This document shows positions 24,101 to 38,515 of a stretch of 64,000 nucleotides of DNA, one piece after another. The position numbers and the translations under genes are program-made. Position 1 is the stretch's first letter, and the number at the start of each line of letters is the position of its first letter. Where the stretch lies: assembly GCA_043228905.1 (NCBI GenBank), contig JBHGNT010000017.1:16864001-16928000 (forward strand). The letters are read 5' to 3'. Under the pieces are notes generated by a model. It worked only from the letters and a program-made list of their open reading frames with translations. It did not search any database and was not told where the DNA came from. This DNA is from Azolla caroliniana (lineage: Eukaryota > Plantae > Polypodiophyta).

Positions 24101-26686
24101 AGTGACCATCCGGAACGTAGGAATCGGACCGACCATAGACGAGTTCGCGGAGGCCTTCGCCGGAAGGTCGATTTACTCGGTCGGTGATCTGTACTCGGGG
24201 TACGACCAGTTCCAGCTAGCCGTGGAGAGCAGAGACATTACGACGATGCGAACTCCCCTCGGCCTAGTGCAAATGTGTACCCTGCCACAAGGAGGGACCA
24301 ACTCGGTGGCCCACATGGTGAATGCAATGAACAAAGTACTGAGGGATTGCATCCCGGACATCACCATGCCGTTTCTAGACGACATCCCCATAAAGGGGTG
24401 CCCGGTGGAAGAGAAGGACGAGACACTCGGGCCGGACGGATGCCGGCGATTCGTAGCAACACACATCGACGACTGCGAGAAGGTGCTACAAAGGCTAGAG
24501 GATGCGAGGCTCACCTTCTCCGGGGAGAAATCGGCCTTCGGGCAATCAGAAATCCTGGTGGTCGGGCATCTATGTGGACCATATGGCCGGAAGCCGTCTC
24601 CGGCAAAGGTAGAAGCCATCTCCGCGATGAAGACCGACTGTAGCTCGGTTACGGAAGTTCGGAGGTTCCTGGGAGCATGCGCGTTCTACCACATATGGAT
24701 CCCGCATTACGCCCACGTTACGGAGCCACAATACGGGTTGCTGAAGAAGGGGCAAAGATTCGAGTGGCGAGACGAGCACACGGGGTCGGTCCGGAAGCTG
24801 AAGGAAGCTCTTACGGCAGCTCCGGCACTCCGGAAGGCTGTCTACGAGAAGGGTACCCCGGTATACATAACGGTGGATACGAGCCCGACCGGGATCGGAT
24901 GGGTCGTCAACCAAGAAGACGAGGACGGCACCCGGTTCCCGATCCGATTCGGCGCTAAGGTCCTCAGTGAGCGACAACGAGGGTACGCCCAGGTTAAACG
25001 CGAACTCTGGGGTATCATTTCGGCGGTAAAGGCGGACAAAGACTACCTGATCGGGACAGAAGTGATTATCGAGACGGATTGCCTGCCGATTCTCGGCATG
25101 GTTTCCGGATGCGCGACACCGGACCTGGCGATGCTCAGGTGGATAGCGTACATCAAGTCCCTGGACCCGGAGATACGACACATTTCCGGAAAGGACAACG
25201 CCATGGCCGACATGCTTTCGAGGGCGAGGGCGGCATGGTTTCGGAGGACGAAGATGTCGGCGTGGACTTCTTCGAGGCGGCGTACGTGACGACCGATGGG
25301 ACGAGCACTCCGGCACTTAACGACTTCGACGAGAGCAAGTACGACGGCGAGTGGCTCCAGATCGGTGGATTCTTGAGGACAATGACGCCGGATGCGTCAT
25401 GGACGAAGGACGAGGTCAACCGGATCCGGAAGAAAGCTTACCGATTCTTTCTCCGGGACGGATTATGGAAGCACCCGAAGAAGAGGGACGGCGCTCCGCT
25501 CCGGGTGGTGGCGATGAAGGAAGAACAGGAGGAGTTGATGACGGCCTACCACGACAGCCCTTGGGCCGGACACCGTGGAACCTGGGCCACGTTCGAGAAG
25601 ATAAAGGGGAAGTACTGGTGGCCGGGACTGTACCGGGACGTGCATTGATTCGTGACAACTTGCGAGAGCTGTCAGATGCACTCCATAGTCCGACACCGGG
25701 ACGAACTTCACCCTACGTACCCTCCGACCATCCACTTCAAATGGATGGTAGACCTGGTAACGATGCCGATAGGAGTAGGACAGATGCGGTATCTGGTCCT
25801 GGCTCGGGAAGATCTAACGAACCAGGTGGAAGGCCGGGCCCTTCAGAACAAAACGATTGCAGCCGTATGTCGGTTCCTGCTCGAGGACGTAATATGCCGG
25901 TACGGGTGCGTCGGGAAGATCGTGGCTGATCGCGGGGAGTTGGACACCGAAGAGGCCGAGGAGCTATTCGACCGGTTAGGGGTCAAGCTCTCGCTTACCA
26001 CTGCGTACAATCCAGAGGCAAATGGGAAGGTGGAGCGTGGACACGGACCGATCGTCAAGGCGTTAGTTCGGGCATGCGGAGGTCAAGTCGGGAACTGGCC
26101 GCGGCTACTGCCTTACACGTTGTGGGCTGACCGGACTATGCACAGTTCGGTAACCGGATTCATGCCGGCAGAGCTCATGTTTGGGCAGAAGCCGATCATG
26201 CCGATCGAACGTACGGTCTCCTCATGGGCAACCGTGGACTGGAGAGACGAGATGAGCCGGGAGGAACTGTTGACGGCGCGCATACGACAGCTCGAGCGGA
26301 GACCGGAGGACGTGGAGCAGGCTGCGGAAAAGCTTCGGGTGGCCAGGACGAGGAACAAAGCCCGGTTCGACCGGACGCACCGGCTCCGACCGAAGAAGAT
26401 CGAGGAAGGCGACTGGGTGCTAGTCTACGACAGCAGCCTCGACAACCAGCACCGAGCGACACGGAAATTCGCAAGAAGGTGGTTCGGGCCTTACGTGGTA
26501 CAAAGCGCCAACGACAACGGGACGTACCATATGGCGGAACTCAACGGCTCAAGAATGGCGGTACCGGTAGTTGGGAAGCGGATCAAGACGTTCAAGAAGC
26601 GTCACGACGACGAGCCGGATCCGGATAGCCTGGATCGGGACGACGGACGATCCAAAACCGAAGAAGAACCGACGAGTGGGGAATAA
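21114..26686 (+). pseudogene. Ty3 gag-protease and RT-RNaseH-integrase, several stops/frameshifts
   Basis: CMWCDEVGH knuckle, ALVDHGSEIN protease, DLYSGYDQ and FLDD RT, VDTS RNase H, GH..C..C and DRGE..EANGKVE integrase, WFGPY; no chromodomain. Confidence 0.92.
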
Positions 26687-27319
26687 AGGCTGGACCGGTT
26701 TTCTCCGTCCCAACTCGATTTAGCGCATGCCGGTGGATGCGCGGTTAGGTGGGGGTGGATGTCGTGAAGAAAACCGTCCACAAGCGGAATCGGTGCACCA
26801 GAGCGTAGGAACCGGCTCTTCATGCACGTGCGCCTTATGTTGTACATAGGAGATCCTAGGCGGGCAGATTCGGTAGGTAGGAAGTAAAGGGGAAACGGCT
26901 CCTTCCTAGCCTATAAAAAGAAGGGAGACGAGGAGGAGAAAAGGGGATCGCGGAGAGTCGAGGACGAAGTGCTGTCGGTTTGCGTGCGAAGGCTTCTCTC
27001 TCTCTCTCTCTTTCTGGTTGCAAACGCCATAGCTTCCTTCTGCGCAGGTTTCGGGAGGCCCGCGCTGCTCTGAGGAATCCCCGAGTGCTTCCGGCAGCAC
27101 CTCCAACCTACTCATTCCCCTCTGTGCGTTTACAAGCAGGTATCGGCATCTGTTCGCCGGCCTGTTCGGTTGTAACCGACTTCGTGTTTTGTTGTCTTCG
27201 TGTTCTTGTTGTTTGTCTTGTCAATACATACATACTTTCGTGTCTTTCTGTGTCGCTGTCCCACTCACGTCTTTACGTCGAAGGGCCGTGTCCCTGTGAA
27301 TCTACGCTCGCACGTAGTG

Positions 27320-27369
<50 letters not shown>

Positions 27370-27648
27370 TCTTCGGTACAGGACCCCCGAGGTCCCGCCT
27401 CACTCCACGCATCCGCGAGGAATACCTCGACACCGGGTAGCCAGATCAGAGCGGTAACCGAAAGCCTAGTAGTAGCCTAGACTACTAGGTAATCATTGTC
27501 TCGTAGTTAGTGTCAATCGCACATAGGAATATTGAAGTACCTGTCAGTACTTCTATCAGTCCTTATGGACTTGTATAAATAGTGTTGTTTAGCACGTTGT
27601 ATGTACACAGAGTTTTAGAGTGATATTTTGAATTGAGTTTATGTTCTG

Positions 27649-27679
<31 letters not shown>

Positions 27680-28059
27680 TCTCCCCCACGCGTATTCTCT
27701 GTGGGTTAAGCTACTCCATTTAACCTTCATTTTATTCTTTGTTGCTATCCGACTAAGCCGGTTCTGTCTAACGATTCCGCACGTTTACATTCATAGAGAG
27801 AAACTCACCAACTGGTTGTTCATCCGTCATTTTATAATTGACAAGTTCTTGAAGTGTGTGGGCTTGTTGAGCATCATTTTTAGGTTCATCGATTGTTTGT
27901 AGATACTTCCACATTTCTTGTGTGTAATTGTGAAATGCAATCCCTTTGACATCTTATAGTATGTGAGGTGAGAGTGTAATTGATTGAAATGCAATGAGCT
28001 TATGACAACATTGTAGAAAACAAGGATATATAATGGCAGGATTATGACATAGGAAACAC

Positions 28060-28441
28060 TAGGGATCGACAACGGTTCGGTTTAGGCTTAGCCGGTTTGG
28101 CTTGGATAAGGCCAAACCGGTTAAGGCTAAAACGTTTTGGGGGTTTTCAAACCTGAACCAAACCAAACCAAACCAATCCCTAAACCGCTTTGTGAACCGG
28201 CTTGGAAACCGGTTTGGGAGAAAACAACAATACTATTACAATGAATAGTCAACTTCATACCATAATTTTATTACAATTAAATCACTTAAACAGCTTATCT
28301 GGTTTGAGCCAGTTTGGGAGGTTAAAGCCAAGCTGAACTGAGCTCAAACCGTTAAGGTAGGCTCAAGCCTAAGCCGACCCGAGCCGCTTAGCCAGTTTAG
28401 CCAAACGGTTTAGGCTTGAGCCGAGCCATAGCCAATCCCTA
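28060..28441. mobile_element. hAT-type MITE, 382 bp
   Basis: TIRs tagggatcgac / tagggattggc, exact 8-bp TSD GGAAACAC (28052-28059, 28442-28449), many aaccg/cggtt subterminal motifs. Confidence 0.88.
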
Positions 28442-29604
28442 GGAAACACTACAAGAAAGAGATTGTTGATAGAAAATCAGTCAAAATGCTAGATATAACA
28501 ACCATATCTTATTCATAAGTAGATTCCCCACATTAATGTACAAGAGTTCTCTCTTCCTCACTCTCAAAAAAAGACAACTATATGTAAATACAAACATATT
28601 GGTATATGTAGAACACTATTTATAGGGGGAAGGCCAATCAACCCAAGATCAATCATACTAAGGTAGTTTCAACCCAATCATCCAAAGTAGTAAGATACAA
28701 GGTTTTACATGTTGAAACCCTCCAAGTCCGTAGAACCATCGAGTTTCAATCCAAGGTAGTGATTGTTTTACATGTTGAAACTTTAGGCGTTCTAATAAAA
28801 ACAACTCTTTATATCAGTTCAATGCGTGATACACCTATTTTTCCCAATGTCTTGAGAGTAGTTGAAATTCTCGTTAGCATCAAAAAAGAAAAGTAATGTA
28901 ATGGAAGACTTTCATTGTGAAGAAAGTACACAATTATGTTTCTATTTGGTGATAATGTACACTAGATAAAGAAGTGTTGGACATTCATCATGAAGTTCAT
29001 TGACACAATTGTACAAGAGGTGTTTGATAACCAGAACCTTGTTGGACATTTCCTATATGTGTCCATTGACTTTTCAATATATCTAGAACATTCTAGACTT
29101 TTCTTAATGATGACTCACATATCCACTTCTACTATGGTTTATGATGTAGTAATTGAATCCCTTGCTATAAAAAATATGGGGACATATACCCTTCTCTCTG
29201 CATCTACACCACTTATGTAAGAATGTTGGAAATTTGGTCATAACTTGAAATTTAGTGTTGAAATGACCAACATTTTACTTATTCTAGATTCAATTATTTG
29301 TTTATGAATGTTGATATTTAGAGAGTTATTGTAAAGTGTTGGATATTCTTAGATCATTGTAAAGATGCCTAGAATACTAACAAATCCTTGTTATTAGTAT
29401 TTCTAACACTATTGCTAACATGTCATTGTTTTTGACAATGTGTCAAAAATGTTGGCATTTAGGAGAAATGCTGACATTTACAACAATATTGTAGAAAAAG
29501 TAGATTTGCATTCTTTTCCGACATTTTTATCGAGATGTTCTAGGTATGTAGTAGCTACTATGCCATTATGTTGTGGACTAATCACAAGGACTTAAAATTA
29601 TAGC

Positions 29605-32600
29605 TGTAGAAACAAATAGCATGCGGAAGCAATAGAAAACAGAAAGCAGAAAATAGGTTTAATGGAGAGCTTAACAGTACGCGGGAGAGACAGAGAGAGA
29701 GAGAGAGCACACAGAAACTCAATTCAGAAAATACTACTCAGTCTGTACATCGTATGTGTTCAGTGAACACTTTTATACAAGTCCATCCGAATTGACAGAA
29801 GTGCGGTGTACTTCAATGCTCACACGAGCGTCTGACACTAACTATGAGATATTAACTCCCTAGTAGACTAGCTTCTACTTGGCTTCCGGTTACTGCTTGA
29901 TCCAGCTAACCGGCTCCCCAACTCATCGGCTCACCCTTCTAGATGCCGATCCGGCTCAGGCTTATTCAGCCGATAAGGATCCACTCGAGCTTGCCGCTCA
30001 ACACTCCCCCTCAAGCTCAATTTGAGGTTGAATCGTAGTGTCAGTTTCTATGGCAGCCTATCGCTCAACACTCCCCCTCCTTCTGTAGAACCGAATCGGC
30101 TGTCTCCGATTCGTTCCAGCTCTTGTCCGAATCGGTTGCTCCCGATTCGTCTTCTGGTTCCAAGCCCTTCACCACATCGGACCATGTCCGGGTCTTGGCC
30201 TTCTTCTTCCGGTTGGCTCTATCCTTCTTGACTCTACCTCCACTGCCTCTTGTTCCGACTTGTTTGGATGTGTCAACTTCCTTTGTCAACTCAGCTCCTT
30301 TCTTCTTCTTGTCTCTCCCCTTGTCGGTTCTTCCCCCACCGATGCAATCGGCAGTCTCTTTGCCTTTGCCCGTTCTGGTGGTGTCTTTGCCCATTCTCTC
30401 CCTCAAGTGTGGCACGTCGAGATGCTGAACACCAAGCATTTCAGTGAAGTGCTGCAACTTGTCCGATCCGAGCGGTTTGGTGAAGATGTCGGCAACTTGC
30501 CGATCCGTATGAACATACCGAAGTTCGACTTCATCGCTTAGGACACGCTCATGCATGAAGTGGTAGTGCACTTCGATGTGCTTTGTGCGAGCATGGAATG
30601 CGGGGTTCTTGGCGAGCTGCATGCTGCTTATGTTGTCGTAGTACATCAGGATCAGGGTTGGCACCTCGATTCTGAGGTCTTGCAACAGTCGCCGAAGCCA
30701 AATGGCTTCACAGGTGGCAACGGTAGTGCCTCGGTATTCAGCCTCAGTGCTTGACAGAGCCACTGTTGGCTGCTTTTTGTTGCTCCACGCAACAATTGCG
30801 CTACGAAGGGAAAACATATAGCCGAAAGTGGAATGACGATCTGATGCATCGCTGGCCCAGTCGGCATCCGTGTAGCCGACTAACTCTTCGGTCATACCTC
30901 GCCGATATAACATTCCCCGGTCCTTCGTGCCGCTCAAATACCACAGTATTCGATGCACGCACTGAAGATGCTCAACGGTCGGCTTCTGCATGAATTGACT
31001 AATCACACCGACCGGATAGCTGACAATTTGTCGAATATATAAGGCTTCCGACAATTTGTCGAAACCGGTTCTCATCGCAAGCCGGTCCGGAGTTGGGATA
31101 GAGCTTCTATTTCCAGTCCAAGGGTGTAGAAATAGGGCGGCATTCCGTCATGCTAAACTTGTACAACATATTCAACACATAGTGTCTTTGTGAGAGCAAT
31201 ATGCCATCGGGGGTTCGGATCACCTCGATCCCAAGGAAATAGTGAAGGTCCCCCAGGTCCTTCATCTCAAATGCGTCCCACAGCTGGAACTTGACTCAGT
31301 TGATTTCATCGAGTCTAGGTCCAGTGATGACTAACTCGTCAACATACAGCACGATGCAAACCGGATCGTCCGGACCTTCCTGGATGAACAACGAAGAGTC
31401 GGACTTGGAGGCCGCAAACCCCACTTACACAATCGGTGCGTAATCTTTGCATTCCAAGCTTGGGGGGCTTGCTTCAGGCCATAAAGTGACTTCTTCAGCC
31501 GGCATACAACCGACTTGTTCATCTCCGATTGAAAACTAGGAGGTTGGGTCATAAAGAACTCTTCTTCTAGATTGCCTTGAAGAAATGCATTCTTCACGTC
31601 CATCTGGTGAAGATGCCACTCCCTTGCCGTAGCAACCGCCAGCTCCACACGAACCGTCGTCATCTTCGCTATCGGAGCGAAGGTCTCGTCGTAGTCGATT
31701 CCATGGGTCTATGCGTATCCCTTTTCCACTAACCAGGCCTTGTACCAGTTAACTGAACCATCAGCGTTGTACTTTACCTTGTACACCCACTTGCATTTGA
31801 TCGGTTTACTATGACAGGGAGGGTCAACCAGGTCCCATGTATTGTTGGCATCAAGTGCCCCCATCTCTTCCTCCATAGCGGCACGCCAATTTTCCTCCCT
31901 TGCCGCTTCTGTGTAGCTCTTCGGCTCACGCACTTCCACCACCTAGGTCAAGTACGCTGTCGTGAAGATTTTCAGTGATAGTGTGAAACTTGTAAGAAAC
32001 ATACGAAATTGAGTGTGGTTCCTCTCACGAAATATAAACAATACTAGTAAAGATACTATTTTAAATAAGTTTAATATCTTGGTACAAAAAGATAGAGGTC
32101 TTGCAGAGCTTCTTAATGTGCTTTACTACGTAGGAAACGAACATCTAAGTGTCAAGTTATGTAGGTCAGGACAAATAAGGAACCCACCATATATAAGGCA
32201 GAACAAAAGCTATTATGTTTGTGTCTATGTGAGGAGCACACATGTTCCAGAGACTTGGGCAGTTGCAGAAAGCCAACGTGAGACCCAAGAGATGGACGGT
32301 GGTGATACCCATGTAGGACACTCCATCTAGAGACTTGGGCAGTTTCGTTGAGAACCAACGTGGGACCCAAGAGATAGATGGTAGGAAATGAATGTAAAAT
32401 TGAAAGGCAAAAAAATAGAATTTAAAATTTGGATGTAATGGATGTTATGTTTTTTTTCAAGACTTTAAGAAGAAGAAAAAATCGTTCTCCATTTGATTAT
32501 ATATCTTGTCTCTCAAATCTAAAGTTAAAAGTTCGATCTTATCTCTCTCACTCTCTATCTCTCACCATATTCATTTTATCTCAATCTCTCTCCCTCAATC

Positions 32601-35600
32601 CATCTTAAATCCTTTCTCGCTAAAGCTAGAGCGTGCTTCGAGTCCTTCCGGTCTAGAACCCCGGCGGTTCCGCCTCACGATCCACACATAGTGTCAGATC
32701 TTCACGACATAACCAAGTGGTGAACCCAATGTGAAAGAGGCGGCAGGAAGGATCAAATCAAGGATCAAGCGATATTTGGAGATGGCGTCCTCAAGAAATC
32801 AAGCGGGAGACTTCGAAAGGATGATGATGATCGTCGAACAAATGATGAGATCTCGAGACAATTATGCGAGCGTGGAGAAGGCCGTTGACCGTGTCGTGGA
32901 GCTCGAGGGACAATTCGACGGAAGGAACATTACGAAATTCCTTGATGCATACAAAAGGGAGATGAATCAACGGGACGTGGCTGAAGCTTGTCAAATCACA
33001 AGCTTCAAGAGAGTTGTTGCCAACAACATCCAAAGGCGCGTCATCGAGCTTCAAGAAGGGAAGACAACGTGGTCGGTGTTCAAGAAAGCGATATTAGCGG
33101 AGTTTGCGATGGAAGATTTGTCGAGGATGACTCGACATGCCTTGATGAAGTGGATAGAAAAGAAGAATAAGAAAATCAGCGCTTCGAGGGTGTACGACGA
33201 ATTCGACCAAATGTTTCGTCGTCTCCCCAACACGGACCAAGTGTTGCTTGAAGAGGACAAGACTTTGTACTTCTTGAAAGCTGTGGACATGAAGGATAGA
33301 CGAGAATTGCAGACTCTTCTTGAAGACGATACCCAAGCAAATGGGCTTGTAGCGGACTAGATCGCAGTGAAGCGGGCGTGCAATAGGCTCGACAAGCGTC
33401 GCCAATGGGTTGATGACACCGACTTGACGGGATCAACTGTCACGGAGAAAGAAAGACCGCCGAAAGTAGTTGAGCCGCCAAAACAAAGTGACGTGGAAGA
33501 AAAGAAGATTGGTGAGGACATCATCGAAGAACTAGCGAAGAAGTTCGAGATGGTCACGCTAGCCATCGAGACTAGAAGACCCCTACGGGTGAATTTCGGA
33601 AGAGGAGGAATGAAGAAAGCTATGGAGGATGCCGATGCGACTCATGTGGATGTGATGCACTATGCTACGTTGGCCAGAATAAGAGTCGGGAAAGACAAGA
33701 CTGAAGCTGCTAGAGCGGGAGCAAAGTTTTGGACTTCCGTTTTCGAATATGAGAAGAAGGGAAAAGTTATTTCGAATGAAGTAGAGCTTGCGGATCGAAG
33801 TGTACAAAGTATAACCGGATGGTCGGATCCGGTGGATGACAACACCATACTCGCGGAGGTGATGTGTGACAACCATGAGGTGTTTGTTGAAGAAAAGAGA
33901 AAAAGAATAGAAGAGCAAGGCCCATCAAAAAGACATGAAACAAGGAACGCGAAAAAGAAGGAAGATGCGGAGACAAGTCGAGCTTTACAAATAGAAGAAC
34001 GAGAATCAAGCCGAAAAGGAGAGCTGAGCATACGAGTCGAAGAAACCATACGACCCATGAAGATTGGTGTCGAAGACCCCGCTCGGAGGACAAGGGCTAT
34101 GCCTACCTATAAGCTACGGCCGGACATAGAGCAGAAGACGGACCTAAAGAAGATTCTCGAAGAACGTGTTCTTGATAGCCACGTGACTTTGTCCTTGAGG
34201 GAATTGCTTGGCATTACGAAGGAGTTCCACGACATGATTGTGGACCTTGTAAAGCGAAAAAGGCAACAATCGGACGAAGATGAAGAGAAGCCACTAAAAG
34301 CGAAAGCGAATGCCATAATGATGGCAAGAGAAGAAGTCGATGAAGAAATGGTGGACAACCACTATACTCGACCTCATTGGGCACGAGTGACAACGGAGAC
34401 GCCCGTGAAGATCGGGGAGAAGAAAAAGACCGTGGTAGCCTTGATCGACCACGGCTCAGAGATCAACCTCATGTCAATCGACTTCTACAAAAAAGGAAGA
34501 TGGCCAATTAATACAAATCACGGATGGAAGATTTGTGCGGCAACAAAGACTACGGAGGACTTGTACAGAGCTTGTCCCAATGTTAAAGTCACGATCGGGG
34601 ATGTGGAGATGGATCAACACTTCTTCGTGCAAGAATCGGCGTCGCATCCTGTCATCCTAGGACAACTGTATATTACATCATCTCGGAGGGAAACCAAAGT
34701 GTTTGACAATGGTGCGGCATTTGCTCGAATAAAGAGTCTTGACAACCAAGGATCTGTTCAATTCCTAATGGTGCGAGATAATCATGAAAGAAATCGAGAT
34801 AGTCTTGGAGGCGAATCCTTGGATTTTTAGAGCGGACTATTGAAGCATGGGGCACAAATACTCCGAGCGATCACAAGTCCCCACAAGAAAATAGAGCATG
34901 TGGATTGTGAGGAGAAGCAACATGTGTCACACCTATTGAAGCTACCTATAAGCTACATTCGAATATCCATCATCGTGATGAGCTACGACTGACATACCCG
35001 CTTACCATACACTTCAAATGGATGGTGGATCTGGTCTCAATGCCAATGGGAGTGGGACAAATGAAGTGCTTAGCTCTGGCAAGAGAAGACTTGACAAATC
35101 AAGTGGAAGGACGAGCCTTGACAAATAAAACGACGTCAACTATTTGCAAATTTCTACTCGAAGAGGTTATCTATCGATACGGATGTGTGGGAAAGATAGT
35201 TGTCAATTGAGGGCAGTTGGATGCACATGAAGCATCGAAGCTCTTCGAACGACTAGGTGTGAAGCTCTCCCCCACGACTGCCTATAATCCAAAAGCGAAT
35301 GGGAAGATCAAGCGAGGGCATGGACCTATTGTCAAAGCCACCGTACGGGCATGCAACGGTCGAGTAGGGAATTGGCCACGACTATTACCTATGCCTTGTG
35401 GGCCTACAGAACGACACACAACTCGGTGATGGGGTATATGCCAACAGAGCTTATGTATGGGCAAAAGCCGGTAATACCCATCGAAAGGACGATCATCTCA
35501 TGGGTAGCGATACCATGGGAGAACGAGATGAGCCGAGAAGAGTTATTAGCGGCACGGATAAGGCAACTTGAAAGGAGACCTGAAGATCTAGAAAAAACGC

Positions 35601-38155
35601 GAAAGATCTTGGAGGCAGCCCGACTGAAGAACAAAATTCGGTTCGACAAGACGCATCAACTACGTCCCAAGAAGATCGAAGAAGGAGATTGGGTATTGGT
35701 CTACGACAACAGCCTTGACAATCAACACAATACAACAAGGAAGTTCGCAAGAAGATGGTTCGGACCGTATATAGTGATAAGTGCCAACGACAATGCAACA
35801 TACCACCTTGCGGAGCAAGAGGGATCAAGGCTGGCCATACCCATTACGGGGAAAAGAGTAAAGATTTTCAAGAAAAGACAAGATAAGGATCCTAACCTCG
35901 ATCACCTCAACGATGAAGATACTACAACGGATGCGAATGAAGACGTGGAAGAATCTAATTGATAACCGTCGCTGAAATCTTGCACTCTCTCTTCTTGGCA
36001 TGTACCAGAGGACATGCGGTTTGGTGGGGATGGATGTCGTGAAGATTTTCAGCGATAGTGTGAAACTTGTAAGAAATATACGAAATCGAGCGTGGTTCCT
36101 CTCACAAAATATAAACAATAATAGTAAAGGTACTATTTTAAATAAGTTTAATACAAAAAGATGGAGGTCTTGCAGAGCTTCTGAATGTGCTTTACTACGT
36201 AGGAAACAAACATCTAACTGTCAAGTTATGTGGGTATGAATTTTGCAAAGAAGAAGAGAAAAATATGTGATATCCCACATAGACAGGACAAATAAGGAAC
36301 CCACCATATATAATGCAGAACAAAAGCTATTATCTTTGTGTCTATGTGAGGAGCACACATGTTCCGGAGACTTGGGCAAATGCAGAAAGCCAACGTGAGA
36401 CCCAAGAGATGGACGGTGGTGATACCCATGTAGGACACTCCATCTAGAGACTTGGGCAGTTGCGTTGAGAACCAACGTGGGACCCAAGAGATAGATGGTA
36501 TGAAACGAATGTAAAATTGAAAGGTAAAAAAATAGAATGTAAAATTTGGATGTAATGGATGTTATGTTTTTTTTCCAAGAATTTAAGAAGAAGAAAATTC
36601 GTTCTCCATTTGATTATATATCTTGTCTCTCAAATCTAAAGTTAAAAGTTCGATCTTATCTCTCTCACTCTCTATCTCTTGCCATATATCATTTTATCGC
36701 AATCTCTCTTCCTCAATCCATCTTAAATCCTTTCTCGCTAAAGCTAGAGCGTGCTTCGAGTCCTTCTGGTCTAGAACCCCGGCGGTTCCGCCTCACGATC
36801 CGCACATAGTGTTGGATCTTCTCGACAACGTATAGTGATGCGCCATGTACTCATTGTACCCGTACCGCTTAACAAGTTCCTTCTAACGGTTTGACCAGCG
36901 TAACCCACCGTTACCCGGTTTGAGGCCCTTCTTGGCCGGTTCGGTCTTTTGTGCCAAAGAGACGTCATTTTCCTTTCCGGAGTCGGATACGCTCTAATCC
37001 GACTCATCATTACCGGTTTCATAATCCGACATCTTCTTCTTCCCCTTCTCTTTGCGCGTGAACCGTCTCCTCGGTTCCTTGCGCAGGGAGAGCACAACGG
37101 AGTCTTCACTACTCGCCGGTTCCTCTTCTGACTGGTCGGATTGACCCAGTCTCTCGTTCGACCCACTCAACCGAAACGATTCCGGACTCTTTTCTTGAGT
37201 CCCGGATCCATCATCGTCTATCTGGACCGGTTCACACTCACTAGCCTCATCCTCTGATATTGGGTCGGGGTCGGAAGTCGGAGCCGGTAAGGCATACCAT
37301 GATGCCCTCTCATCAAACTCAACATCGCGACTAACTCGAACCTACTTCGTCCGGGGGTTATAACACTTATACCCCTTTTGCTCATGTGAGTAGCCGACGA
37401 TGACGCACTTTTCCGATTTTGCATCGAGCTTCCTCCGCTTCTCATCCGGCACATGCACATATGTTGTGCTGCCGAAAATCCGAAGGTGTCTCAAATTCGA
37501 CTTGCGCCCAAAATACAACTCATGTGCAAACACCTTGTCACCGATCCGGTTTTGGATGTACACGGTCGTCCGAACCACGTCCCCCCAGTAGAAATGGGGC
37601 ATGCTCTTCTCTTCTAGCATTGCCCTTGCCACGTCGACAAGCGACCGATTCTTCCTTTCGGCCACACCATTTTTTGTTGTTTACAAAGATTAGGTTTTCT
37701 TCTTGCGAAAGCGAATGACGGCTGCAAAGGTTCTCAACCCTCACGCTCTGATACCATGTAGAAACAAATAGCATGCGGAAGCAGTAGAAAACAGAAAGCA
37801 GAAAATAGGTTTAATGGAGAGCTTAACAGTACGCGGGAGAGACAGAGACAGAGAGAGAGCACACAGAAACTCAATTCAAAAAATACTAATCAGTCTATAC
37901 ATCGTATGTCTTCAGTGAACAGTTTTATACAAGTCCGTCCGGACTGACAGAAGTACGGTGTACTTCAATGCTCACACGAGCGTCTGACACTAACTACGAG
38001 ATATTAACTCCCTAGTAGACTAACTGCTACTTGGCTTCCGATTACTACTTGATCCAGCTAACCGGCTCCCCAGCTCACCGGCTTACCCTTCTGGATGCCA
38101 ATCCGGCTCAGGCTTATTCAACCGATCCGGATCCAGTTGAGCTTGCCGCTCAACA
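29605..38155 (-). mobile_element. Internally deleted Copia element (lacks gag-PR) with nested Ty3
   Basis: LTRs 29605-30003 and 37757-38155, 5-bp TSD ATAGC, PBS tggtatcagagc (37756-37745), PPT gagggggag; integrase NGVAERKNRS, RT HQMDVKNAFL and YGLKQAP, RNase H GYTDADWA. Confidence 0.95.
31958..36827 (+). mobile_element. Non-autonomous Ty3 element (RT/RNase H deleted), same lineage as 20455-27432
   Basis: LTRs 31958-32709 and 36035-36827, TSD ACGC/ACGT, Trp-type PBS, gag-PR (ALIDHGSEIN) followed directly by integrase remnants. Confidence 0.92.
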
Positions 38156-38515
38156 ATAGCTTTACGTCAAAATAAAAATATGCATTTTCAATTTAACGTC
38201 GATATCCACTGTAGATAAGTTTTTCAAAGAAGTTTCCACTCAATTAAAAGCTTACAACAATACTAGAAGTAGTAATTTTGATTTCAATTTGAATATCAAT
38301 ATACAAACGTTTAGCAATATTGTATTAATCATCATTATAAACATTGAAGAAACTTATTTTATATACAAATTTATTATATGGTGGAGGCCTTGGCCCTTTA
38401 TTACAATGGCAACACAATCTTGACAAAGCAGAAAACCTTACATATAAAAAGCAAAACAATGTAGATGTTCACACAAGCATTAACTACACTATTATGAAGT
38501 ACTCATATTAAAGAT

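Larger units (their letters stand above)
20455..27432 (+). mobile_element. Near full-length non-chromovirus Ty3/Gypsy retrotransposon
   Basis: LTRs 20455-21068 and 26760-27432 (TG..CA, highly similar), 4-bp TSD CCGG, PBS tggtgaacccgacgtgaa, PPT-like tract before 26760. Confidence 0.95.
19372..27789 (+). mobile_element. 3' part of a Copia element (RNase H end, PPT, 3' LTR 20331-20454 + 27437-27789 split by a Ty3 insertion)
   Basis: CEAIWL..AKNPVFHAQTKYIEVHYHFVRE..QVADIFTK; PPT agggggag before tgttgagcgg; LTR similar to those at 29605 and 37757. Confidence 0.85.

Noticed and set aside
21062-26847. Many overlapping and antisense ORFs
   Set aside because: Shadow ORFs of GC-rich Ty3 coding sequence
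28463-28800. Possible solo LTR
   Set aside because: TG start and TATA-like motif, but no convincing end or TSD
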